Made by a program: the position numbers and the translations under genes
Origin: a virus
DNA length: 64,000 nucleotides
Reading direction: 5' to 3' (one strand)
Virus record (IMG/VR): IMGVR_UViG_3300042691_013169
Coordinates: 7,476-71,475 of that record
The notes under the pieces: generated by a model
The model's database searches: none
Told to the model about the DNA's origin: nothing
Seen by the model: the letters and a program-made list of their open reading frames with translations, nothing else
Shown here: positions 9,186 through 18,166 of the stretch, one piece after another
Layout of the letters: each line of letters opens with the position of its first letter
How positions within the stretch are numbered: the first letter of the stretch is position 1

Positions 9186-12100
9186 ATGGCAAGAAAAGTT
9201 ATAATGGAAACGGCGTATACATTTACACCGACCACAAGAACAATTACAATTCCAAAAGCAATTCCAAGAGAAAGATTGCTTTTGATTACAAATGTGACCC
9301 AAAATCAGGTCATATATAATTTCTCTGATCCAAGCTTAAATGCTACAACCTATACAGCGGTTGAAGCAAATGGTACAGAATTAACTACAATTGTACTAAA
9401 CTACAATACAGCATCAATGCTTACAACAGATAAGCTGTCAATTACAATTGATGAGTTTGATGAGACATTCAGACCAGCAGAAACATTGATGGATACAACC
9501 AACAAGTTCCGTGTTACACAGCCACAGTCTCTAATTGATACTGACTTTGAGTACGGTACTCAGATTACTAAGTGGGAAAATCTTGGTCTATATAACAATA
9601 GACCATTTGCGTATGCTAACGCAACACCAGTTCCAAATGTTGGATCTATTACATTCCCAACTGGTTCACAAAATGTGACAGTAAGCTTAACATCTGGTGT
9701 AGGTCCAGCAAACGGACAGGCTATTACAGTTCAGGATACATACCTTCAGGCAGCAAATGGAAACTTTGTTGTAGAAAGCGGAGGAGGAACTTCAACCTTT
9801 GTTTATAGCGCAGCTGCAAAAAATAACACCAACATTACAAGCATTTTAGATACAAACAAGACAGCAATCTACACCGCATCAAGATTTTCTGGTTCAAGAA
9901 TTGGCTTTATTCCAGTAATATCTTACAGTGGTACTAGAATTGATGTAACAACAACTATTTCACACGGATTGTCTATTGGAAATGAAATTGTTGTGACTGG
10001 TGCAACAGCTACTACAAATGCTCCTAATGGTAACTTTACAGTCGCACAAATTCTAAGCCCAACAAGATTCGTATACTTCGCAGCAGCAATTCCAACAGGA
10101 ACCGTAACTGGACCAATTGAAATTTATGTAAGACCTCAGTCAGTGTTCTTGCATAGACCAGCAGATGGTGGAGTTATTTTCTCAACAAATTCTGGATCTA
10201 ACTACGCAGCAGCAGTTCGTCAAACACGTCGTTATTTCAGATATCAGTCAGGTAAGGGAATCCAGGCATCTTCAGGTACCATTATGAAGCCTTATGCTGG
10301 AATTGATTCAATTACTTCAAATGGAACAACAGTAACTGTTTATACAAAAGAAAAGCACAACATTCAACCAGGAACAGTAATTGCAATTGGTGGGTGTAAT
10401 GAAACAGCATATAACGGTACATTTACAATTACCGACATTACTGGATTTAATTCCTTTGAGTACACAGCACTAACAACACCTTCATCAGGAGTTGCTTCTG
10501 GTAATTACTATGCTTCTATTGTAAGTTGGTATGGTTGCCAGAATAGACTTGGTTTATTTGATGACCAAAATGGTGTTTTCTTTGAGTATGATGGACAAAA
10601 GCTTTGGGCAGTTCGCAGAAGCTCAACATTCCAGCTATCTGGTAGAGTTACCGTAACAAATGGTGATGACACAGTTAGCCAGACAGACGGAACATTTAGA
10701 ACATACTTTAACAAGCAGTTAATTCCTGGAGATTATATTGTTCTTAGAGGACAGTCTTATAAGGTAGATAGAATCATTGATGATACAGCCCTTAAGATTA
10801 CCCCAGCATACAGAGGTGCAACATCACAATACTGTATTGCATCTAAGACAGTTGATACAAGAATTCCTCAAGATCAGTTTAACATGGATAAGGCAGACGG
10901 AACAGGACCATCACAATATACAATGGACCTATCAAAGATGCAGATGTTCTATGTAGACTACACATGGTACGGAGCAGGATTTATCCGTTGGGGTGTAAGA
11001 GGACCTAAGGGAGACATTATTTATTTGCACAAGATGCAAAACAATAACGTTAATACCGAAGCTTATATGCGCTCAGGTAACTTGCCTGGACGATATAGCT
11101 CAACAACAGTGCCTCCATATACAAACATGACAGCTACATTGTTGTCAACAGATTTGGCAATTCAGGTAGCAGATACATCTAAGTTCCCTGCCAGCGGAAC
11201 TATTGTTATTAGAGATAATAACAATTATGAATACGTTAACTACTCAGCAAAAACAGCAACTTCGTTTACTGGTCTAACCAGAGCAAGAGCTGGAATTGGT
11301 TCCTACGCAGGACTAACAATTAATGCTGGAAGAAATAAGGGAACATTGGCAAACCCAGCAGATGCTAATACTTTGCAAATAGGTATGCAGGTTGTTAGCC
11401 AAGACTTCCCAGACGGAACATATATTTCTGCAATCAATGGAACACAAATTACCTTTAGTGGACCAGCAGCAAACAATAATCCAGTAGTTACATTTGCTCC
11501 AATGGGAGTCACATCTCCAATTCAGTTTACATGGAGTTCAACTGCACCAACAATTTGTGAGTTGCTATATCCAACATTTGGATCTTCAATTTCACACTGG
11601 GGTACTTCTGTAATCATGGATGGTCGATTTGATGATGATAAGTCTCTTATCTTTACATATGGACAGAGAACCGCTTTATCAGTGCCAGCTGGTGCAACAA
11701 GAGTACTTCTTGGAATTAGAAACGCACCTTCAGCAGATAATGGTATTGGAGCAGCATTTGGTGCTCGTGAAACTGTAAATAGAATGCAGCTTACATTAAA
11801 GGCTCTAGATATTACAGCTGCATCTGGAACAGGTACTCCAACAGTTCTTGTATCTGCAGTTTTGAACGGTTTACCAAGCGTCGGTGTTAACTGGACAAAT
11901 GCAGTTGGTAATGCTTCTGGTGTAGTTAACTCATCACTTGCACAAATTGCAGATTATGCTGGACAGTCAGCTACATTATCTGGCGGTGAAACAACAGGTG
12001 GATTCTTCTCTCAAGGAACAAACTCTGTTGATTTAAGCTCACTGCGTGATCTTGGTAACTCAATTCTTGGTGGTGGTGGAACTACTACTACACAGAATAT

Positions 12101-12203
12101 TTACCCAGATGGACCAGACGTACTACATATTACTGTAACAAATCTAGGTTCACAAACAGCAACCGTGTTCTCTCGTCTATCATGGACTGAGGCACAGGCT
12201 TAA
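9186..12203 (+). CDS. Large virion structural protein (1005 aa)
   Basis: T/G/S/N-rich. Repeated small beta modules (T...HGL..G..I...G......NG.F.V..I). Lies in the fibre block. Confidence 0.55.
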   Translation: MARKVIMETAYTFTPTTRTITIPKAIPRERLLLITNVTQNQVIYNFSDPSLNATTYTAVEANGTELTTIVLNYNTASMLTTDKLSITIDEFDETFRPAETLMDTTNKFRVTQPQSLIDTDFEYGTQITKWENLGLYNNRPFAYANATPVPNVGSITFPTGSQNVTVSLTSGVGPANGQAITVQDTYLQAANGNFVVESGGGTSTFVYSAAAKNNTNITSILDTNKTAIYTASRFSGSRIGFIPVISYSGTRIDVTTTISHGLSIGNEIVVTGATATTNAPNGNFTVAQILSPTRFVYFAAAIPTGTVTGPIEIYVRPQSVFLHRPADGGVIFSTNSGSNYAAAVRQTRRYFRYQSGKGIQASSGTIMKPYAGIDSITSNGTTVTVYTKEKHNIQPGTVIAIGGCNETAYNGTFTITDITGFNSFEYTALTTPSSGVASGNYYASIVSWYGCQNRLGLFDDQNGVFFEYDGQKLWAVRRSSTFQLSGRVTVTNGDDTVSQTDGTFRTYFNKQLIPGDYIVLRGQSYKVDRIIDDTALKITPAYRGATSQYCIASKTVDTRIPQDQFNMDKADGTGPSQYTMDLSKMQMFYVDYTWYGAGFIRWGVRGPKGDIIYLHKMQNNNVNTEAYMRSGNLPGRYSSTTVPPYTNMTATLLSTDLAIQVADTSKFPASGTIVIRDNNNYEYVNYSAKTATSFTGLTRARAGIGSYAGLTINAGRNKGTLANPADANTLQIGMQVVSQDFPDGTYISAINGTQITFSGPAANNNPVVTFAPMGVTSPIQFTWSSTAPTICELLYPTFGSSISHWGTSVIMDGRFDDDKSLIFTYGQRTALSVPAGATRVLLGIRNAPSADNGIGAAFGARETVNRMQLTLKALDITAASGTGTPTVLVSAVLNGLPSVGVNWTNAVGNASGVVNSSLAQIADYAGQSATLSGGETTGGFFSQGTNSVDLSSLRDLGNSILGGGGTTTTQNIYPDGPDVLHITVTNLGSQTATVFSRLSWTEAQA

Positions 12204-12220
12204 AATAATAGGAGGACACA

Positions 12221-12733
12221 ATGTCTATTAATAAGGCTCGAATACCTTATAACGCTGAATTAGCAACAAAGACATTGTCAGTCTCAGACGAGGCTGGCTT
12301 TAATGGTCAAGTAACACTTGGTGGAAACATCAGAGTTGTTGGTACTATGACCATGGATGCTAGCCATGGTGGATCAATGGTGTTATCAGATGGGACAATG
12401 ACGAAAGTTGGCGTCCCATCGATAACAACCATATTCCCAACATTTTCAAACTATACTTTAGATAGAGCAGATCTTAGAGACGGTCTTATTGAAATGAATA
12501 TGACTGTTGCAAATACATTAACAATTCCAGCTGATTCAGCTGCTTTAACATATCCAATTGGAACTACAATTGATGTTTTGCAGTCAAACAGTGGACAGAC
12601 AACAATAGTTCCTGGTAACGGAGTTGTTTTAAATGGAACCCCTGGATTAAAGATTAGAACCCAATGGTCAATCGTGACTATTTTAAAAAGAAATGCAAAT
12701 ACTTGGGTAGTATTTGGAGACCTTACTTCATAG
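12221..12733 (+). CDS. Small fibre-associated structural protein
   Basis: AGGAGG RBS. C-terminal LTIP....YPIGT.I...Q...GQTTI..G.GV.L...KR..NTWVV.GDL domain typical of phage fibre ends. Confidence 0.55.
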   Translation: MSINKARIPYNAELATKTLSVSDEAGFNGQVTLGGNIRVVGTMTMDASHGGSMVLSDGTMTKVGVPSITTIFPTFSNYTLDRADLRDGLIEMNMTVANTLTIPADSAALTYPIGTTIDVLQSNSGQTTIVPGNGVVLNGTPGLKIRTQWSIVTILKRNANTWVVFGDLTS

Positions 12734-12742
12734 GAGTAAAAA

Positions 12743-14617
12743 TTGGCTAAAAAAACTGGTAGAAAATCTTCAGCAGTAGGCGACTATGAAAAGCCGTTAC
12801 CACCTGAAAATTTAGTAGCTACAGATGTTGGAACTAATAGAGCATTTAACAATGGATCTGCTTCTATTAGCTTTACCGTAAATCCTCTTAGCTCTGTACC
12901 AACTTCATTTAACATAGTTTCTACACCTGGAAACTTTAGTGGTGCTGGTACATCTTCTCCTATAATTGTACAAGGTTTACAAAGTAATGTTCAGTACACA
13001 TTTACAGCAACCGCATCAAATAATAATGGTACATCTATATCGTCTGCTGCTTCTAATCAAATTACAGCTACAACAGTTCCTAATACACCTAGATTTGCAA
13101 CAGCGTCTTCAACTGTAGCAGATCAAGATACGGTTACTTGGTCTGCCCCCTTAGAAGATGGTGGAAAGCCAATTACATCATACACAATTGTTTCTACCGA
13201 CACTACTGCACAGCTTCCAAAGTCCGTTTCTAAGCAGATTTCTGGATCATCTGGACAAAGCACAATTACAGTAAGTGATAATATTGGAATTGTTGTTGGA
13301 AATACAGTTACTGGAACTGGAATTGGAACAAATGCTGCTGTACAGGCTATTAATGGAAATACAATTACCTTAACTGTTCCTAATTCTGGAAATGTACCAT
13401 TACAAGATGGTAAGTTCACAGACCACACAGACAGTCAGCCTGGACCAACATATTTAAATGTTACTTCTCCATATACAATATCAGAAACTGGGGGAACTAC
13501 TCAAAGATATAAAGTTTATGCTATTAATGCTAATGGTACTTCAAACTTTATGGAGACATCCCCAGTAACAACATTCTTTAGCCCACCAAGCTTCTTTGGA
13601 CCACCAGCATTCTTCTCTCCACCAAGGTTCTTTGCTCCACCACAATTTTTCTCCCCACCTACTTTCTTTTCTCCACCAGCATTCTTTAGCCCACCGACTT
13701 TCTTTTCTCCACCAGCATTCTTTAGCCCACCACAATTCTTTGCTCCGCCAGGATTCTTTGGTCCGCCATTCTTCTTTGGCCCACCATCGTTCTTTGGGCC
13801 ACCATCTTTCTTTGGGCCACCACGATTCTTTGGACCTCCAGCATTCTTTGGACCTCCAGCATTCTTCGGGCCTCCAGGATTCTTTTCCCCACCAGCATTC
13901 TTTGCTCCGCCATTTTTCTTTGGACCACCATCGTTCTTTGGCCCTCCAAGATTCTTTGGTCCACCATTCTTCTTTGGTCCACCATCGTTCTTTGGTCCGC
14001 CATCGTTCTTTGGGCCACCACGATTCTTTGGTCCGCCATTCTTCTTTGGCCCTCCAAGATTCTTTGCTCCGCCAAGATTTTGTATCGATAAAAATACTCC
14101 GATTCTAACTCCATCTGGTTATATAAAAGCAAAAGATTTAAAGGTTGGAGACAAAGTTTCTACTTTGAATTTTGATAACCTTACTCATGGAGATCCAAAC
14201 TGTACAGTCGGTGATGTTACAGAAGAGTGTTCTACTATAGTAAAAGCTTGGAACGTAGACGAGCTAGAAAATTACACATTAGTTGAATCCACTATTACTA
14301 ATATTGTAACAGATCCTTGTGAGAAAATTATTATTATTAACAGAGATCCTAAGAAGAGGTTTTCTCCAAAAGAAGATATCTTATCTTACTCTCACGATAA
14401 ATATGTTATTAAAACAATAGAAGATCTTAAGGTTGGAGATTATATTATTGTTTTTGAAGATGGCATACTGGTTCATGAGATGATAACTAATCTAAAGGAA
14501 CATAGAGAAGATACAGAAGTTCTTTTGTTCTACAGAGAGCCTTATGGAATGATGATTGCTGGGGGAATGCTTGCTTATAATGGATGCCCAACACATATGT
14601 TGACTAATCCAAACTAA
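12743..14617 (+). CDS. FN3-domain protein with a (FF[S/G/A]PPx)28 repeat and a C-terminal Hint domain
   Basis: TTG start after AGGAG. Two FN3-like domains (P.PP.NL.AT...YTFTATASN.NG; W.AP..DGG.PITSY...Y.VYAINANG). Repeat spans aa 278-445. Hint block A CIDKNTPILTPSGYIKAKDLKVGD starts at aa 447, and the C-terminal block is MIAGGMLAYN. Confidence 0.85.
   Translation: MAKKTGRKSSAVGDYEKPLPPENLVATDVGTNRAFNNGSASISFTVNPLSSVPTSFNIVSTPGNFSGAGTSSPIIVQGLQSNVQYTFTATASNNNGTSISSAASNQITATTVPNTPRFATASSTVADQDTVTWSAPLEDGGKPITSYTIVSTDTTAQLPKSVSKQISGSSGQSTITVSDNIGIVVGNTVTGTGIGTNAAVQAINGNTITLTVPNSGNVPLQDGKFTDHTDSQPGPTYLNVTSPYTISETGGTTQRYKVYAINANGTSNFMETSPVTTFFSPPSFFGPPAFFSPPRFFAPPQFFSPPTFFSPPAFFSPPTFFSPPAFFSPPQFFAPPGFFGPPFFFGPPSFFGPPSFFGPPRFFGPPAFFGPPAFFGPPGFFSPPAFFAPPFFFGPPSFFGPPRFFGPPFFFGPPSFFGPPSFFGPPRFFGPPFFFGPPRFFAPPRFCIDKNTPILTPSGYIKAKDLKVGDKVSTLNFDNLTHGDPNCTVGDVTEECSTIVKAWNVDELENYTLVESTITNIVTDPCEKIIIINRDPKKRFSPKEDILSYSHDKYVIKTIEDLKVGDYIIVFEDGILVHEMITNLKEHREDTEVLLFYREPYGMMIAGGMLAYNGCPTHMLTNPN
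13574..14077 (+). repeat. Coding tandem repeat, 28 x 18 bp, encoding FF[S/G/A]PPx
   Basis: 504 bp = 28 units with no indels. Consensus TTY TTY NNN CCN CCA NNN with frequent synonymous variation. Confidence 0.95.
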
Positions 14618-14628
14618 AATGATAAAGT
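14600..14628 (+). promoter_or_regulatory. Sigma70-type promoter for the oxygenase operon, probably producing a leaderless mRNA
   Basis: TTGACT (14600-14605), 17 bp, TAAAGT (14623-14628) with TG extension. ATG at 14635 lies 6 nt downstream with no convincing Shine-Dalgarno. Confidence 0.6.
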
Positions 14629-14634
14629 AGGCAT

Positions 14635-15291
14635 ATGTCTTATCAAAAACAAGAAATTTTTCCTGGCCTCTGGAAATATAGTAATGTATTTACAAAAAAG
14701 CCAAATCTTATTAGCACAGTAGAAAATGCTATTCAAGACAGCAACGGTAAATATCAATGGAATGATGCCGAAGTTGGGCATGACGACATTATAAAAGATT
14801 ATCGTGACTGCAAAGATTTTAAATTGGGAAGATTTGAAAATCAACCTGCAGATGAATATACATTAGTATTTGATCAAGTTTGGAAAGACATATTAGAATT
14901 ACAGGATCCAGCAGTAAAAGAATATTGTAATTTTTATAATATTAAAATGGATTTTTGTGAATGGATTAATGTTGTTAAATATGGACCTAACCAATACTTT
15001 AAAGAGCATGCAGACCATGGATATTCATATGTTTCCACAGTATCTTTGGTAGGGTATCCAAATAAAGATTATGTGGGCGGGAGTCTATATTTCCCAAAAC
15101 TGGGTATAAATATTGAGCCAGAAGAGGGCGACCTATATATATTCCCATCGACATATTTATTTTCACATGTTGCAATGCCAGTACAATCTGGTGTAAAATA
15201 CTCTTTTGTAACAATGTTAGATTATAATGACTATACTCATACAGATGAATACGAGCAATTTATAAAAAACAAATACCTAGGAGGTAAATAA
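14635..15291 (+). CDS. 2OG-Fe(II) oxygenase, prolyl 4-hydroxylase-like
   Basis: HAD, GGSLYFP, and distal H in FSHVAMPVQSGVKYS (Lys as 2OG ligand). Confidence 0.85.
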   Translation: MSYQKQEIFPGLWKYSNVFTKKPNLISTVENAIQDSNGKYQWNDAEVGHDDIIKDYRDCKDFKLGRFENQPADEYTLVFDQVWKDILELQDPAVKEYCNFYNIKMDFCEWINVVKYGPNQYFKEHADHGYSYVSTVSLVGYPNKDYVGGSLYFPKLGINIEPEEGDLYIFPSTYLFSHVAMPVQSGVKYSFVTMLDYNDYTHTDEYEQFIKNKYLGGK

Positions 15292-15986
15292 TGTTTTCAG
15301 CTAATGCAGAATATCTATATCATGGAATTGTTGTATACAGAAATGTTTTTAACAATTTAGATCTTATTAACAGGCTAGAAGGAGCTCTTGCTACAAGTGA
15401 CTCCAAGTATAAGTGGAACCAGGCTCAAACTGGATATGCAAACACTGACCTAAAATATCGTGATGCACATGACTTTAAAGTCAAGGTCAATAGCGACGAT
15501 AGCCTAATGTTACATTTTAATTATGTAGACAAAAATAAACAAGGCCCAGCAGAAGATGCCTTAAGATCTATTTATTTAGATTCTAAAAAAGCACAAGAAG
15601 GCCCAGTAGAAGAGTACAGAAAGGTATTTGGCCTTGCTCCATTAAACTATTGGGAATCATTTAACTTTGTTAAGTATGGCAAAGATCAACACTTCCAGGT
15701 CCACTCAGATCACGGATATTCTTATATTTGTGTTCTTTCATCTGTTGGCTATATTAATGATGATTATGAGGGAGGAGAACTTCATTTTGACAAGCTTGGT
15801 TTAACTTTTAAGCCAAAAGCTGGAGACCTATACCTTTTCCCTTCATCATATATTTACTCACACGCAGCGATGCCAGTTAAATCTGGAACAAAATATTCTA
15901 TTGTCACTATGCTTGACTATCTAGAGGCTCCGCACACTCCAGACTATAGAGACATTGAAAAAAGATACACAGAGGGCTATGTATAA
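15291..15986 (+). CDS. 2OG-Fe(II) oxygenase, prolyl 4-hydroxylase-like; paralog of the preceding gene
   Basis: HSDHGYSY, NDDYEGGELHF, SHAAMPVKSGTKYS. Confidence 0.85.
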   Translation: MFSANAEYLYHGIVVYRNVFNNLDLINRLEGALATSDSKYKWNQAQTGYANTDLKYRDAHDFKVKVNSDDSLMLHFNYVDKNKQGPAEDALRSIYLDSKKAQEGPVEEYRKVFGLAPLNYWESFNFVKYGKDQHFQVHSDHGYSYICVLSSVGYINDDYEGGELHFDKLGLTFKPKAGDLYLFPSSYIYSHAAMPVKSGTKYSIVTMLDYLEAPHTPDYRDIEKRYTEGYV

Positions 15987-16698
15987 AATAGATGTATACA
16001 AAGCATCTGAAAATGCTGCAGACATAGCACAGCTACCAGTTAAAAGAGACTGGATGGAGATGACTCATGAAAGGCATGCATACAGTTGTTTTCCAGTAAC
16101 GCTTACAAACTCTTTGGGGTTTGGATTGTCTTTTCCAGAAGATATTACTTTTATTTGGGACGGACAATCTGACTCTAAGCCAGACCATGTTAAAGTTTTA
16201 ACTGGCAATAAGTATGTATATACTGAAAGAGCAAATGGAACAATAAGTTTTAAAACTGGGTTGATATTTAGAACAGAAGAAGATGTAAGTATGATTGGTA
16301 TGCCAACCCCAAATATGTTTATTGATGGCACACAAGCATTTACAACTGTTATTAGTACATCTTGGTTCACTGCAGAATTCCCAGTTGCTTGGAAAATAAC
16401 TAAGCCAGGAGTAGCAATAACAATTCCAGCAGGACATCCATTTATTACGCTTATTCCAATTTCTTTAAAACAAATAAATAATTCTGAGGTTATTATAAAA
16501 AATAAAAAAGATATGCCTAAAGGACCGTATGATCATTTATATAATGATACTGATCATATTAAAACAGTATCTGAGTATGCTGTAAAAAAAGAATGGACTA
16601 ATTTTTATAGAAATGGCGTAGATTATTTAGGCAATAAACTTGGAGAACATGAAGTTAAAAATATAAGATTGAAGGTTATTGATAATGCCAAAAATTAA
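15979..16698 (+). CDS. DUF6065-like protein
   Basis: ATG 15979 after GAGGG. KRDWM..T...HAY.CFP...N..G, P.PN.F.DG and G.PF....P motifs, recalled from memory as DUF6065. Confidence 0.55.
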   Translation: MYKIDVYKASENAADIAQLPVKRDWMEMTHERHAYSCFPVTLTNSLGFGLSFPEDITFIWDGQSDSKPDHVKVLTGNKYVYTERANGTISFKTGLIFRTEEDVSMIGMPTPNMFIDGTQAFTTVISTSWFTAEFPVAWKITKPGVAITIPAGHPFITLIPISLKQINNSEVIIKNKKDMPKGPYDHLYNDTDHIKTVSEYAVKKEWTNFYRNGVDYLGNKLGEHEVKNIRLKVIDNAKN

Positions 16699-17425
16699 AT
16701 TCGGATCAGCAAGACCATACTGTAACGAGCCAGAACAAAAAGATCTCCTCCCTAGCCCAGCTAAAAGTTTTATGCCTAATTGGTGGAAAGATGCAACTTT
16801 GTATTGGTTAAATGGTGACGGAGAGCCTATTATTGCATCTTACAATAAAGATGATGAAGAAGAAAAGTCTTTAGGTTTTAAGGCATGCCCAGCACTTTTA
16901 GACATATTTTCTACAGGCTATGTTCTAAGAACCCCAGCAGATTTAATGTTTGTTCAGTATGAAAATGAACCGCATGTAGTTATTGATCAAAAATATAAAG
17001 AGTTTTGCCAGGCAAGAAGCGACATGCCAACATTTCCAATCCCTCACGGATATAGCCAAAAGCATTTTCATTGGTGGCCAAATTGGGGTATTGAGTTGCC
17101 AGAAGGATATAGTGCTTTAGTTGTAAGCCCGTTAAATAGATACGATTTACCTTTTTTAACGGTTAACGGTATAATTGATAGCGATAGATATCCTATGCCA
17201 GGATTGATGCCATTCTTCTTAAAAGAAGGATTTTCTGGACTAATTCCTAAGGGAACCCCGTTTGCCCAGATAATTCCAATCAAAAGAGAAGACTGGAGCT
17301 CAGAAATGATACATTATACTGATGGGCAAATGTATGATAGACATACTAATGTCGTTGAAAAGTATAGAGTTAAGTTTGGCGGGATTTACAAAAGAAAAAC
17401 GTGGGTTAAAAAGAATTATGAATAG
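16685..17425 (+). CDS. DUF6065-related phage protein
   Basis: P.PA...MP.WWK, KACP...D....GY, P.GYS.L...P.NR, G..D.D and IPKGTPFAQIIP.KRE.W motifs. Confidence 0.5.
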   Translation: MPKIKFGSARPYCNEPEQKDLLPSPAKSFMPNWWKDATLYWLNGDGEPIIASYNKDDEEEKSLGFKACPALLDIFSTGYVLRTPADLMFVQYENEPHVVIDQKYKEFCQARSDMPTFPIPHGYSQKHFHWWPNWGIELPEGYSALVVSPLNRYDLPFLTVNGIIDSDRYPMPGLMPFFLKEGFSGLIPKGTPFAQIIPIKREDWSSEMIHYTDGQMYDRHTNVVEKYRVKFGGIYKRKTWVKKNYE

Positions 17426-17434
17426 GAGATAAAA

Positions 17435-18166
17435 ATGGCATTTGAAAGCGCTTTAGATCCAGACATCGTATTAAACTATGATGCACTTGAGGATGGAAAG
17501 AATGTTAGAACAGCCAGAAAGTCTATTACGCCTTCTGGATGGTTTGGTGAAGACAAGTCTATGATTGGTGAAATTGAAAATTTCCTAACAGATGAAGAGT
17601 GTGACTACCTAGAAAATTTTGCTAGAGAAAACAAAATTTGGGATGTCACAGAATCACACTACAATGAAAATGGAACAGTCATCTATGATCATAGACCATG
17701 GGAAAATAGAGTTGCAACTTTAAATACTCTTATGAAGGCAGACCCAAAAGTTGTAGAAATGCTTACTAATATTATTAATAGGTTTAAGCCATATATTGAT
17801 GAGTTCTTTCAAGTTGATGCTGAACCAACCAAGCCAGCAATTGTTAGATGGCCAGTTGGCACATTTCAGTTCCCTCATGCTGACAAAGAACTACACGAGG
17901 GGCCAGATGCTGGAACCGAAAATGATTTTCCTTGGTATGACCTAGGAACAATATTTTATTTAAATGATGACTATACTGGAGGAGAGTTACACTTCCCTAG
18001 ACAGCAGATAGCATTTAAACCAAAAAGAAAAGCTGTATATTTTTTCCCTGGAGACAAGTACTATATTCATGGTGTAGATAAAGTTCTATCTGGTACAAGA
18101 TATACTTCTCCTTGGTTTTGGACAATTAAAGAGTTAAAGGGTGAAAGAAAACATGTCAGTTGGTAA
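17435..18166 (+). CDS. 2OG-Fe(II) oxygenase (prolyl hydroxylase-like, Arg-type)
   Basis: IENFLT, PHADK, YLNDDYTGGELHFP, YIHGVDKVLSGTRYT. Confidence 0.85.
   Translation: MAFESALDPDIVLNYDALEDGKNVRTARKSITPSGWFGEDKSMIGEIENFLTDEECDYLENFARENKIWDVTESHYNENGTVIYDHRPWENRVATLNTLMKADPKVVEMLTNIINRFKPYIDEFFQVDAEPTKPAIVRWPVGTFQFPHADKELHEGPDAGTENDFPWYDLGTIFYLNDDYTGGELHFPRQQIAFKPKRKAVYFFPGDKYYIHGVDKVLSGTRYTSPWFWTIKELKGERKHVSW

Noticed and set aside
13574-14077. Possible CRISPR array or diversity-generating retroelement repeat
   Set aside because: Units are contiguous 18-mers with no unique spacers and lie inside a CDS. No reverse transcriptase or template/variable repeat pair was seen in the window.
13541-14132. 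Alternative-frame and antisense repetitive ORFs over the array (His-rich 13596-14108; minus-strand WWAKEC and QRMLE repeats)
   Set aside because: These are shadows of the 18-bp repeat, which lacks stops in several frames. Nucleotide variation is synonymous in the FFxPPx frame, and the other frames lack convincing RBSs.
14081-14581. Classical mobile intein
   Set aside because: It is not inserted in a conserved enzyme, has no homing endonuclease, the +1 residue is Gly, and only 11 residues follow. It is better treated as a terminal Hint domain.
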